NCBI RefSeq assembly: GCF_009914755.1
Contig: NC_060945.1
Source of the DNA: the human T2T-CHM13v2.0 reference genome, Homo sapiens
Length of the DNA: 64,000 nt
Strand: one strand, 5' to 3'
Shown here: piece by piece, positions 43,209 to 56,879 of the stretch
How the letters are laid out: every line of letters begins with the position of its first letter
Numbering within the stretch: the stretch's first letter is position 1
Made by a program: the position numbers and the translations under genes
The notes under the pieces: generated by a model
Databases searched by the model: none
The model's input: the letters and a program-made list of their open reading frames with translations, nothing else
Told to the model about the DNA's origin: nothing

Positions 43209-44510
43209 TGCTGTAGAATCAATGTTTATGTCCTGCCAAAATTCTTATGTTGAAACCTATCGGGGGAACCTGCCCCCGATAATTCAACATTATTTCACGT
43301 AGGTTCTTTTCTATTTCCTTAAGTGTCAGCTGGTCTGAGAAATAAAGGGAAAGAGTACAAAAGAGAGAAATTTTAAAGCTGGGTGTCCAGGGAAGACATC
43401 ACATGTCGGCAGGTTCGTGATGCCCCCCGAGCTGCAAAACCAGCAAGTTTTTATTAGTGATTTTCAAAGGGGAGGGAGTGTACGAATAGGGTGTGGGTCA
43501 CAGAGATCACATACTTCACAAGGTAATAAAATATTACAAGGCAAATGGAGGCAGGGCAAGATCACAGGACCAGGGCGAAATCAAAATTGCTAATGAAGCT
43601 TTGGGCACGCATTGTCATTGATAACATCTTATCAGGAGACAGGGTTTGAGAGCAGACAACTGGTCTGACCAAAATTTATTAGGCGGAAATTTCCTTGTCC
43701 TGATAGGCCTGGGAGCGCTATGGGAGACCGGGGCTTATTTCATCCCTTATCGGCAACCGTAAAAGACAGACATTGCCAGAGCAGCCATTTCAGGGACCTA
43801 CCCCTAGGAACACATTCTTTTTCTCAGGGCTGTTCCTGCTGAGAAAAATAATTCAGCGATATTTCTCCTATTTGCTTTTGAAAGAAGAGAAATATGGCTC
43901 TGTTCCGCCCGGCTCTCAGGCAGCCAGACCTAATGGTTATCTCCTTTGTTCCCTGAACATTGCTGTTAGCCTGTTCTTTTCTCAAGGTGCCCAGATTTCA
44001 TATTGTTTAAACAATTTGTGCAGTTAACACAATCATCACAGGGTCCTGAGGTGGCATACATTCTCAGCTTAGGAAGATGATGGGATTAAGAGATTAAAGT
44101 AAAGACAGCATAGGAAATCACAAGAGTATTGATTGGGGAAGTGATAAATGTCCATGAAATCTTCACAATTTATGTTCAGAGACTGCAGTAAAGACAGGCG
44201 TAAGAAATTATAAAAGTACTAATTTAAGGAACTAATAAATGTCTGAAATCTTCACAATTTATGTTCTTCTGCCATGGCTTTGGCCAGTCCCTCCGTTCGG
44301 GGTCCCTGACTTCCCGCAACAGAAACCTAATCTCCAAGGTGATGATATTTGGAGTTGGGGCCTTTGGAAGGTGATTAGGTCACGAGGGCAGAGCTTTTCT
44401 TTGTAAATGGAATTACTGCCCATTATTAAAGACAGTCCAAGAGAGCTCCCTTGTCTCTTCCACCATGTAAAGACACAGCAAGAAGATCATTATCTACAAA
44501 CCAGGAAATG
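43209..44510 (+). mobile_element. MLT1A-like LTR, host of the MER11 insertion
   Basis: caaaattcttatgttgaaacc|taatctccaaggtgatg...ggggcctttggaaggtgattagg. Confidence 0.7.
43258..44321 (-). mobile_element. MER11 (HERVK11/HML-8) solo LTR, 1064 bp, MER11C-like
   Basis: Minus strand starts TGTTGCGGGAAGTCAGGGACCCCGAACGGAGGG; perfect 6-bp TSD GAAACC (43252-43257, 44322-44327). Confidence 0.92.
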
Positions 44511-45743
44511 GGAGTATAGATTGACTGCAGGGTGCATCCCTCTGTTCTCGGTGTTGGCAGGCTCTTGTTCATTGCCTTTCTTTTTCAGTGCACTTAGGAA
44601 AGCCATATTATGACAGAATCCACATTAGCAAGAAAATGCAGTCACTTTGCAAAGTAATCAAGCCTGTTTTCCTCTGATTTTAAAACCATTCTTTTCAGGT
44701 CATTATCGCATTGTTATTTTGACTTTTTCTTTCCTCAGTCAAAAAGGGTATTATTTGGCAGCTCTGAAGATCTTGAGGCTTTAGTTACAGAAAAATCAAA
44801 TTCTTAGCAGTGTTATTTTCTGGTGCCAAAATATTCATTTCTGTGATTAAATATAGGAAAAATGGGTAATGAGGCCTATTTCTTTTCCGTATTGCAAGTA
44901 AAGCTTAAGATCCCATATTCCTGAAAGGGGCAGAGAAGCCTAGTGTAGGCAAAGGAAGTCTACGGATAATCCACAAACCGGCTTTAAGAAATCATCTCAA
45001 CTTCCTTCTTGGTTTGAAGTTATTCAAGAGTCTCTAGCAGAAGTCACCGGGTGAATTTTAACTGTTTCTCTTTGTCACCAGTGATGTCATGAATTAGGTG
45101 TTGCATTCACTTACTGCTCCTGGCTGTTGATGAGACCTAGGATAAGAGTGGGGCAGGGAGGGTCTCTCAAGCCAGCCTGACCCCCGGAGGTCTCACAACC
45201 CACTAAGACTATGAGTCAGGTTGATATGAGGTCCCTATCTGTTGTAGAATCCATGGTAGGGAGTGAACTCAGGTTGACTCCACTGGGGAAAATTCCCCAT
45301 GACGTAGGCAGGTCCAGCTGAGCTTTCTGCGGTAAATTCTCCTTCTCTTTCTCCTCTTTTTTCATCTCCACTGAGGAAGCACAACCCACACAGCTGTCAT
45401 GACCAGGTGCTGACCTGCACTCTCACCTGTGTAGTACTGCAGTGTCGCTGGCATTCCATGAAGCACAGGGTGCTTCCATATGTGCCCTGCTGCAGTTCCC
45501 CTCCACACCTAGGCTCGGTACCCACACACCTTAAAACATGCCGTCGTTCCAGTTTGCAGGGACTGGACCCCCAAAGGCACGCTGAGCCGTGACCCCACTC
45601 AGTGCTTCCTGAGCTGTCTAAGCCACTGGGACCTCAGTGGACTTTAACTGTGGTTTAATAAACCAAGGGGTTCTGTCTGTGTCCAATGTGAGAGGTGGAC
45701 CGCTCATTTCACAGCTGTGGATTTTCCCTTTCTGTCTCCCCAG

Positions 45744-45997
45744 AAATTGCAGGTGCTGCAGTGTCTGAAATTTCCGGGCCTTTCTCAACAGAGGATGTAG
45801 CCAGCAACTGTGTCCCCGCTCAGTCTTTGAGCGAGCCCATTTTGTGGATTGTGTCCTATGCGCTCATGAGCGTCTGTGGAGCCATCCTCCTTGTCTTAAT
45901 CGTCCTGCTGCTGCTGCCGTTCCGGTGTCAGCGTCGCCCCCGTGACCCTGAGGTCGTCAATGATGAGTCCTCTCTGGTCAGACATCGCTGGAAATGA
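45744..45997 (+). CDS. BACE2: BACE2 exon 9 coding part: stalk, transmembrane helix (ILWIVSYALMSVCGAILLVLIVLLLLPF), cytoplasmic tail, TGA stop
   Basis: ccccag acceptor; phase 1 joins exon 8; ends RHRWK-stop. Confidence 0.98.
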
Positions 45998-46202
45998 ATA
46001 GCCAGGCCTGACCTCAAGCAACCATGAACTCAGCTATTAAGAAAATCACATTTCCAGGGCAGCAGCCGGGATCGATGGTGGCGCTTTCTCCTGTGCCCAC
46101 CCGTCTTCAATCTCTGTTCTGCTCCCAGATGCCTTCTAGATTCACTGTCTTTTGATTCTTGATTTTCAAGCTTTCAAATCCTCCCTACTTCCAAGAAAAA
46201 TA

Positions 46203-46208
46203 ATTAAA
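46203..46208 (+). terminator. Proximal polyA signal ATTAAA
   Basis: ATTAAA ~205 nt after the stop; the adjacent genomic A-run also risks internal priming. Confidence 0.5.
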
Positions 46209-46935
46209 AAAAAAACTTCATTCTAAACCAAAACAGAGTGGATTGGGCTGCAGGCTCTATGGGGTTCGTTATGCCAAAGTGTCTACATGTGCCACCAACA
46301 TAAAACAAAACCAAGCCTTGGCTCGTTCTCTTCTCTCTTCAATCTCTGGAAAAATAAGTACATATAGTTGATAACCCCTCTTAGCTTACAGGAAGCTTTT
46401 TGTATTAATTGCCTTTGAGGTTATTTTCCGCCAGACCTCAACCTGGGTCAAAGTGGTACAGGAAGGCTTGCAGTATGATGGCAGGAGAATCAGCCTGGGG
46501 CCTGGGGATGTAACCAAGCTGTACCCTTGAGACCTGGAACCAGAGCCACAGGCCCCTTTTGTGGGTTTCTCTGTGCTCTGAATGGGAGCCAGAATTCACT
46601 AGGAGGTCATCAACCGATGGTCCTCACAAGCCTCTTCTGAAGATGGAAGGCCTTTTGCCCGTTGAGGTAGAGGGGAAGGAAATCTCCTCTTTTGTACCCA
46701 ATACTTATGTTGTATTGTTGGTGCGAAAGTAAAAACACTACCTCTTTTGAGACTTTGCCCAGGGTCCTGTGCCTGGATGGGGGTGCAGGCAGCCTTGACC
46801 ACGGCTGTTCCCCTCACCCAAAAGAATTATCATCCCAACAGCCAAGACCCAACAGGTGCTGAACTGTGCATCAACCAGGAAGAGTTCTATCCCCAAGCTG
46901 GCCACTATCACATATGCTTACTCTTGCTTAAAATT

Positions 46936-46941
46936 AATAAA
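46936..46941 (+). terminator. Intermediate polyA signal AATAAA
   Basis: Canonical hexamer followed by U/GU-rich sequence. Confidence 0.6.
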
Positions 46942-49687
46942 TCATGTTTTGATGAGAAAAAACTATTCTATTTCACTAGCTTAGTTGTCTCTTTTTCCAA
47001 ATCTTCTCTGGAAGTAGGTTGGCTATTACCCTGTTGGGAAACAGGGAAATGGCCTGATGCCCCTATTTCTGACCAGCTGTCAGGGAAGGAAGATGCAAGA
47101 TGTGCAGAAGACACAAGGTAACGTCTACTTATCCCCGTGCTTCGAAACCGTGTGTTTCCCTTTGCAGAACTGGTTAGCCTCAAGCATACCCATCCAATCA
47201 GCTTAAATTGTTTAGCAGTTGACCTCTGTGCTTCTTCCTTTGGGGGTGTTTAATCTTTGGTAACAGTTGTGCAGTGGTAGCCTTATTTCGGGGGGCAGTC
47301 CCTACTTTCTGTCACTTATCGAGGCCTTTGCCAAAGAAAAGTGGAAGCCGTTTCCTTGACATAGCCTTATATGACCTGATGTCATTAGGAGAAGAGTTAA
47401 AAGACAGTATCCCCTCTCTCCTGCTTGTGTGCCAAGTTCAGTGTTCCCTTTGCATTTCTTTTGGGGTGGGTTGGCTATATTACAGAATTCCACCAAAAGT
47501 GCTAAGTGTCCCCTCCTGCAGAAGTATCGTTTGTATTCACAGTAGGCTACGTGTGGATGTTTCAGCCATCTGCTCTGCTCCCTGGGTCCCCGGGTCACCA
47601 CCATACTGAGAAATATAGGACTCTGCCAAAGAGACGTGGAGGCCACGTCGGCTTGTCGTGGTGTCCTGGAAGACTCTCCAGCAGCCAGAAGAACCTTCTG
47701 TGCTGTTTTCACTAGAGAAGATTTGAGTTGCAGCCTCTTGGAAAGAACATGACGGCACGGAACGGGAGGAGGGGGCTCTTGTATCAGGGCCCGTTGTCAC
47801 ATCTGCTCTCAGCTTGTTGAAAACTCATAATCTCAGAATGCATTTCACACGGAGAGATGTCTGGAAGTCCAATTCTCATCCCATTGGCTTTTTCCGTGGT
47901 TGCTGTTTTGTGGGCCGCTTTGCACAGGAGTGAAGCCAACACCCCTAGATTGTGCCTTCACCCTTGCTGTGAAAAATTCAAAGCCCTGAAATAAGAGGAG
48001 GGAATCGCAGACATGCCCTGATTAGTTTTCCTGCTTATTTCTTCATACAGGCATCTTCTGTTCCGTTGTATTGTGTTAGGTTTCAGAGGCGGGGAGCTTC
48101 CTCCTGCAGCAGATGAACAGGCATAGTTCTTAAAATACAGGAAAGTAACAAGTGAGGTTTCCAGGTAGAGTAGGTGAATGAAGTTTGCCGTCATGCTCTG
48201 TATTTCATATCAGATTTCTTTATCTTTTCATATCGCATGTCATTGGATGTGACATTTTGATGAAAATACTGAAACTACAAAAGCATAACTTCGCAACAAG
48301 AATGAGATAGACAATTGAATGTGGGACATTTTTCTGGCATGTCTTGCTGCTGAGAATCGGACTTCCAGTCAAAACCCTGTTAGTGACACCCACCTCCTCC
48401 AGTTATGCAAATTGATGCTTAGCTTGGCAAGCTTTCAAGGAGGTTTGCTTGGAACAGGAAAGGAATTAACAACCCTTTGAGGGTGTCATTTTTACCTTGT
48501 AATACACTGTGGAAAATTCTGGAAGACGGTCCTTGCCTGAAAAGGTGCAACTTAGCATTAGGTTGTTATCAGAAACCTTGTCAAGTCTGATGGGAAATGA
48601 ATAGATGCTGCTTTATTTCCTTGATAACTTCTTTGGAAGTCTGAAATAAATCCTGCCTTCAGTAACTGAAACCATTTATTAAAAATAGCAAGAAACAAGA
48701 TGGGGACCAATTCTATTTTTATTCTTGGGAATTTGAAAGAGCCACAAGTGATTGGTGTCCGATCTCCCAGCATATACTGTACACTATTTTGTATTTCTCC
48801 TGAACCAAAACCAAGTACTTAGCACTCAAGAAACAGATGCCCTGTGTGTGACCGAGGGGAGTGTTTTTCCACAACAGGTTCCACTTCTGAACACTTGGAA
48901 GGACCTTGCCTGATTCATGGTGAAACACAGAGGTTTTGGTTGGAGATAAATTTGGGGTCAGTTACTGTTCAAAATTGTGAAAGTAGTTCCCAGGAAGACA
49001 GCATTAGTGACTCCGCAGTGCTTTGGGTAATAGATTTTGAAAAGCAATTGTGAGTTGGGGATTCCATCATTTCATTTAAGAGGTGAAGAGGGATTTAATT
49101 ATTTAATACGCCGGGTGCAAACTTGTTAAATTCCTCTTTCCCTGTCCCTGCTTGGTGGAGCTGCCACGTGTGGTTCAGTTCTAAGTTCTGGACTAGTGCC
49201 ACTCGATATCATTGGGAATAAATCGTTGTTCAACAGTCTGTTCCACAAACAACAGTAATTGAATTTCACAGACTTTATCCTGATTAGTGGAAATCAAATA
49301 ATGGAGTGGAATCCCCATGTGTTTTCTCTTGCACAAACTTATTAGACTTGATTAGAAAACTGTTTGGAGGAAAAACTTGCCAGTAAGTTTTTTGGTTGTT
49401 GTTTTGTTTTTTTTGAAAAACGACGCAACACCATAAAGTGTAAAATTAGGGGTTCTGGCCAAGAGAGGTACTAGATTTTTTTAATGCCGAGAAAAGTCCA
49501 TGCCACAGAAGTTATTGTGTATGTCTCTAGGGAGCTTTAAGAATTTCACGTTTGAACTTTACAGCTGTTTACCAATTAAATGGCAAGCTGGAAAAATACA
49601 TTTTGAGAGGGGTAGAAAGAATAAGAATATAATTAAAAGTATGCTAACAAAATAAGCAGTACATATTTTTTTAGAAAATGCAGTTTA

Positions 49688-49993
<306 letters not shown>

Positions 49994-52863
49994 TCATTCC
50001 AGCCATCCTTAGATTTCTTTTCCCCTTAAAGTGGCTGAATCCATTGGAGATGTGATTTATTTTGCAGATCCACCAATTCCAAACTTCAGGAATATTCAAG
50101 CGGGAGTCATGTGTAAGTGACAGCTTTGACAAAGAGAGACTGTGGCTGGGTGGCCCGGGTGTTGCCCACGCGGAGCAAGGATTGGTTCATTCAACGGATG
50201 GAGAGTACAGGATGGCTGGGACCTGGGAAGTTCCAGAATCTGAAAAGAGGGCAGGGCAAGAAGGAGCCAGAAGAGAGGTCCCACCCCTCAGTTGGCAGTG
50301 GGGCACGGAGGTCCGCATCAGCCAAGAACGTCCCCAGGATGCCGTGGGCACCTCATTTCACCCCACGTTTTTGGCACAGTCTACTTTTTAGGTATTTTGT
50401 AAAGGAACTTCTCAGGATTGATTATTTGCCAGAGGAACAATTAGGCCAAGAGAAACTTGCTTGACAGCCATGTGTAAAACACGTCTGTCCTAATCAAACT
50501 AGAGATGCCTCAAGGCCCACGCAGGACACAGGCAGGTTCAAGGTCATGCACCTGGAAATTTGTAGGGGAGGGTCAAGCAACTGAGGCCAAAGGGGGCCGG
50601 TAAAGTGGCTTCTGGGGTCTGAGCATCTGGAAGGCTCCTGGCAGCAGTTACCTGACAGTGTCGTTGAGGGGCACGGCAGCTGGGCCCTCACCGTTTCCGC
50701 CAGCTCTGCTGAGCCAGCCCAGCCCATGCATTCCGAACATCCGACAGCTTCTTTCTCCAGAATGTCTTCTGTCAGAGACTTCCAGGAAAGGAGCTCCCTC
50801 CTGTCTCACTGCTGTCAGCGTGGGAGCCCTGCTCCCCAGGCTCCACGTCCCCGGAAGGTCCATCTTGTCCTGGAGCACACCCAGCCCCATTCAGGGTCAG
50901 TGCAGGAGGGAACAGGGAATCTGCATTTCAGTAAGCTCCCCAGGTGAGGCTGCAGAGCAGAAACCACGGCTTTCAGACGTGAGCAGGCTCCCTGGGCTCT
51001 TGGTGTCACCCTGTTAGCCACATCTGCGGAATGTGGAAGGCAGAACATAGCCACGCTGCTTAGTGCTGCCAGCGAACCTCAGGTTGCATCAGTGGCTGGA
51101 ATCTATCACAGCTGTTGGGGATACGTAACTCCCAGCAATAAATCCAGTATTTTCTTCCCTGCCCTGAGCTTCCTCTGGGTTTCTTATCAGCAGCTATTAC
51201 ACACAGATGTCCAGTGCTTCTAAACTAAATTGTACTGTGTAACTTTTACATCACACTTGTGTGCTTAAAAAGCACACCGTGGGTAGTGACTGGGCCAAGA
51301 GACATCACAAAGCTTCCTGATAAATTTGAATCCAGCCACGGCAAGAGCGACGTGCGGGTACCTGGTCCCTGATGCTTGGGTGCCCCGTTGAGCCTCGGGT
51401 ACTTCTTGGACACTATTGTGAGAGCAGCCATCCTGGTGTCTCTGCCAGCATCTTGGGGAACGCTGTGATGGTAAAATATCTGTCTCTCCTCTGGGAATCA
51501 GGGCAGCCCTGAGAAGTGAGCAGTTCCCTTTACAGATGGATAATTGTTTGTGTAAGACCAACCAGATGAAGTCCAAACTGTGTAGAACACACGTGTGCCT
51601 CACACATAGCCATCTGAGTAAAATATTTTTTCCAATGTAGATTTATAATTAGAAATGACAGATTTATAATATAGACTTCAGTAGGTTGGGCACAGCTGTC
51701 ACTTTCGTGGTATCAATAAAAGGCTAGAAACCTTGAGTGTCCTTGGCAACCTAGCCTTTGACATTGATGTTTTTCCATAGGATTTTCTTCATTTGGGTTG
51801 GAATAAAAATGCATTTTTATTCACAAGGCACAGACAGATAAGAATATCATAAGCAGGGAAGTGTCTCCAAAGGTCAGGACTTATGTTTTTCTGTTGAGTG
51901 CTATATGTGGAGGTTATTGCAAGTTCCCTGATATGAGTATGGTTTCGCTTGCTACATTGTGCCTATTAAAGTAAAATTTTACACAAGCCTCGCATTTCTA
52001 AGATTAGTGTTCCCGAATGAAATGTTAAGAAAACATTAAAAGATTATCTCTTTTTAAGATGGAGGAAAAAAAGTGAACAAAGCTAATTAATCTATAATGA
52101 AAATTGCACAAAATAACATTTCTTAACAAATTTAATACAATTTTGTGTTCTTTGTTGCTAGTGGTATAAAACGAGATTTTTTTCCCTCATTTTTCTCATT
52201 GTAGATGTCATCTCTCACATTTATATCAGTGAGGTTTGAAATTCTGTGTAGCAGTTACTCAGCACATATGAGAGGGCAGCGAATGAATGAGATTTGTCAT
52301 GTGCTAATAAAAGCTGAATTTTTGTAATCTAAAATGATGTATTTTCTACTATTGCTGTTAATTTGCATTGTTAAAAATTCTTAAAGTTTAATATGTTATG
52401 TTCAGTCATTGAAAGCGACCACTCATTTTTTTCTTAAAGTTGATGCCTTTTCTGCTGTGCTAGAGTCAGTATTTTGCTTCTGGCAGGAGAGCTGCAAACT
52501 GTGTATCCTCAAACAGATGCAAAAAGTAGTGCTTTGCAAAACGTTTGTTTTCTGTTTATCTCAGATTAACATCCTTTAATACAAGTTTCTTAAGTGTAAC
52601 TTGTATTTCTGAAAATGCTTAAAATTATTTTATATTTCCCTTTGGGAATTTTTCTCTATTTCCAGCACGCTGATTTGATTTAAAAATGTAATAAGACCAA
52701 GAGTTGGAGTAAAGGGATATTCATTCCATGTTAAAAGTGGCTTCATAGCTACTGACAAATGTCTGAACTATTGTCGTGCCCTTCAAAACTGGAGTTTTCT
52801 AAAATAATCTTATTTTTATACTTGTATGTTCCAGCAATTTAAGATATATACCATTGAAAGGGA

Positions 52864-52892
52864 AATAAAACATTTTTGTTTATTTGAATAAA
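52864..52892 (+). terminator. Distal polyA signals (AATAAA 52864-52869 and 52887-52892)
   Basis: Two canonical hexamers followed by ctgttgcttttggaatgttttgt; composition changes afterwards. Confidence 0.75.
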
Positions 52893-54610
52893 TAATACTC
52901 CCAACCTGTTGCTTTTGGAATGTTTTGTAAATACTTCTCTTGGATCACATGTCTGGCGGTCCATTACGTCCACTCCTTCATTGTGGGTTCCTGGAAAATG
53001 TCAAGGATAAAATGGAGTGGAAGGGAGGGTTCAGGCTCAATCATTAAGATGCAAAACATGCTGAAGGTGGGGAGGGTAAAGTGCTTTAGAGTCTGGAAAC
53101 CCTACAGGTGGAAAGAAAACACCTGCAGAGAAGAAACTCAGTAAGCACATTTCAGCGGTCTTAAGGATGGGACAGATGGCTTAGCTTGGTCCTGGGGACT
53201 GAGGGTGACCAGGTTGGCAATGCCTGTGCGGTCACTCCCATGATCACCCTGCAGGGAGATGGCATTCTACCATTTCACAGACGAGAAACCATCTCTGAGT
53301 CACCTGCCCAGAAAAACACAGCTAAAAAGTGGAGAGGAACCCAGCTCTGTTCCCCTCCAACAGCCCAGCTCTTTCTCTGCACTACACTCTGGTCCATCCG
53401 CCATCCTGAACCACACTCTCAGAGCCTAATGCATCACTTGTGCCAGAAGAATCCAGTCTAGTGGTCAGTCTCTAGAGAAGGGTGTGCACCAATATGGGCA
53501 CAGCAGAAGCTCTTAGTGAATGAAATGAAGATCATCCATGAGCCATGATCTAGCTGCTATGCCAATCCTTTAAATATACGCTGCTTTCAATGACTAGACA
53601 CTTTTTGTCTGACAATATCCAAATGAGGAGAAAAGAAGGAATCTCCAACCATTAGGAGGTAAAGTGATAGTTACTGGAGAAACAGAGTAGAGTATCTGCT
53701 TTCTAGTAAGAAGGAGATGATTTATCCTATTTCGCCATCCCTAAGCTGGAGGGGACATAACGGATGGGATTTTCACGAGTCTGTCACTAGGTGGTGGTGT
53801 TGTAAAGCGTTGTGGTATACATAACGTTTGTGCCTCTTTCCCCATTCCGTGTAGCTTTCACAAAGCAGCTTTTTATCAAGTATGGGTATGTAAGTAGACT
53901 ACATCGCAGAGCTTTTTCATTCTGTGCTTTATAGAATCTGAAAAATAGGCCAGCTAGAGGGATACTCAATCTTAGAGGCAACCGCCAAATACACATTTCC
54001 AGCCCTGGCCTCTACCTGGGTTTTTAGACTTGTATCTCCAAGTTCCTTCTGGACGTGTCTGCTTGGCCATCACTGGGAAGGAAACTGAGGCACAGAGTTG
54101 CTATAAAGTCTCCAGGTTCTTCTGGAAATGACAGCCAGATTCAAAACACCAGTGTGTCTGGTTACCAGGCACAAGCTCAATCATTATGCCATTGCCTTTT
54201 TAAGGTTAAAGATTTAAAATTACATATGCTAAAATCAAAATGCTACGAGGAAAAAATATTGGGGAAAATATTTGTAACAAATATAAGGGCAGAAGCTGAC
54301 ATTTATCGAACAGCAAATTCTGGCCACGCATCCTGCCATTTCATTCTCAGAACAACCCACAACGAGGTGCACGTGGTACTAAAAACATTTTAAAACCCAA
54401 GGTCTGAAGACGGAGCTGCTCCCAAGGACAGGCTCAGGGAAATCAGGAGGTCCAGGGAGGGGAGAATCTCACCCCACAGGATGAGATGCCACAGGCCAAA
54501 GGCTTAAGAGTCATCTCAGTAAAAAATGTAAAAACAAAAAGACCTACTGTCTTCAGCATACACAGATTGTACGAAATAAGCCAAGTGTATTATTTTCTGT
54601 ATTTGATGCT

Positions 54611-55121
54611 GTGATAGCTGGAGCCCTGTTGACCCTGAAAGGACTGCCTCTCTCAGGGTTGGCTAATTCTAAGAGAAAGTCAACGACTCCCCTGGCAGCC
54701 TGCCTTTTAGATGGAAACCCCCTGATCCAGAGCGCACACCCATCCACCTCCTCTCTGGAGCTCTCACACTCAGGCCATATCCACCTGCCCTCATCACCCC
54801 AGAGCCAGGTACCAGACAACTAGGCACAATTTCCCTGCCCAAAGCCACTGAAATTATTCTAACTAGCCAAAGCTAAGCCTGCTTACCCTGCCTCTTCCCT
54901 TCTTTCCTACAGAAACCACAGTAAAGCCTCCTGTTCCGTCTTGCCCCATCCTTCGGCCTCCTGACTACCCCTGTGCTTTGCTGCGTGGCCCTCAGTGGCA
55001 GCTGTGCCTTCTGTTTTTAGGCATCTATGAATACAAAGAGCTTCTTTCTTTATGACAGTCTTTTGTGTGTCTGTGTGCCTTATTACACCTCATTAAAACA
55101 AATCCCAGATACCCTTCAAAC
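54611..55121 (+). mobile_element. MER74-like ERVL LTR
   Basis: gccaggtaccagacaactagg...ctgaaattattctaactagcca...gcctgcttaccctgcctc. Confidence 0.6.
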
Positions 55122-55671
55122 ACCAAGAATAGAAGAGTGTTAGAGTCCAGTAGAAAAACATGCAAGGGCTGTCAACCAACAGCTGGCCAAAGTGGGAATA
55201 CAAATGGCCGAGAAACTGAGAAGTGTTCAATCTTATTAATGTATGCATAATATGTAAGTAATTACAGATAGAATGAACAAAGCTTTTAATTATTAATAGA
55301 TGTCCAAGAGGTCACCCATCTTCTGCTTTGCTGATGGAAAGTGTAAATCAAAACAATCATTTCAAAGAGCCCTAAAAAATAGCCAAGTCATCTTTACATC
55401 AATACTTTCTTTAGAAATCTCTCCTAAAGAGATAGAAATATGGACAAAATGGGATAGGGTATAGAGCAAAAAAAGCAATTTGCTGAATATGCCAATATTT
55501 CATTGATTTTTAAAGGGAAATATCATATATGGATGTGAGAGTATAGAATTTAAGAGTGTAGTAAGTACATGAAATTCACACTAATCTATTACCCTCAAAT
55601 TAGGACTCATACATAAAGGAGATGGCTTAAGGATGTTTAAATTAATTTTATTTTGTATTCAAGTAATACGT

Positions 55672-56494
55672 TGTAATGGTTTATTTTATGTGTCAACTTG
55701 AATGAGGCATAGGGTGCCAGGATATTTGGTCAATTATTATTCTAGATGTGTATATTAACTCAGGCCACCATAACAAATGCTATAGGCTGGGTGGCTTAAA
55801 AAAACAGAATTTTATTTTCTCTAATGTCCTTGAGGCTGGAAAGTCCAACATCAAGATTCAGTAGGCTCCTGGTGAGGGATCTCTTCCAGGCTTGCAGGCA
55901 GCTGCCTTCTTCCTGTGTCCCCACATAGCCTTTCCTTGGTGTGTGAACATGGAGATCTCTCTGTTGCTCTTTCTTTTCTCATAGGGTTGCCAATCATATT
56001 GGATTAGGATCTCATCCTTATGACCTCATTTAACCTTAATTACTTCCTAAATGCCCTATCTCTTATGCAGTGACATTGGGGTGAGGGCTAGGATTTTTGG
56101 GGGCACACAATTCAGCTCATAGCAGTGTGTCTGTGAGGGTATTTTTGGATGAGATTAACATTTAAACTGGTAGAATGAGTAAAGAAGATTGCCTTAAGGC
56201 AGGTGGGCCTCATCCAATCACTTGAAAGCCTAAATAGAATTTAAAACACCTGATCATTTTACAAGCCCAAACTCCTCCTGCTTGATTGCTTTCACCTGGG
56301 ACATGAGCCTTCTACCTTCAGACTCAGACTGAAACTCCAGCTCTTCTTGGGTCTGTAGCCTGCCAGCTTTTGGACTGTAACTTACACCATTTGTTCTCCT
56401 GGGTCTCCAGCTTACAAACTGCAGATCTTTGGATTTCTTAGCCTCCATAATCATGTAAGCCAATTCTTTTTAGTCAATCTCTCTAGAGAATGAT

Positions 56495-56526
<32 letters not shown>

Positions 56527-56602
56527 ATAAATGATAGATAGATATTCTGTTTCATCTTATATATGTTCTGTTTCTGTTTCTCTGGAGAACCCTAACTAAT
56601 GC
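55672..56602 (+). mobile_element. MLT2 LTR interrupted by an antisense MLT1A-like LTR (55751-56124)
   Basis: ttttatgtgtcaacttga start, ggagaaccctaactaat end; insert flanked by atgtg/gtgtg. Confidence 0.78.
56496..56544. repeat. (GATA)n tetranucleotide STR within MLT2
   Basis: Directly visible. Confidence 0.93.
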
Positions 56603-56879
56603 ATACAGTTAGTCATTATTAAACATTAAATAGTTTCAAGAAGCTTATCACGAGGTGTCTACTGCCTCACTTCTCCCCACCTCAAGGTCCTACTGTGTAG
56701 TGGTAGTTCCTCCTCCACCAAATCTTCTGTTTGCCTTGATGGTTGCTTGCATATTTCCAAATTGTATATTCATGCTCTGTTTGTTATCTGGTCAGCCAAT
56801 AGCCTTGATTCCATTGATTTAGTAATTGGCAATCTGAGCATTTTCTAAATTCCTACATAGATTGGGCCCATTGCCAGAC

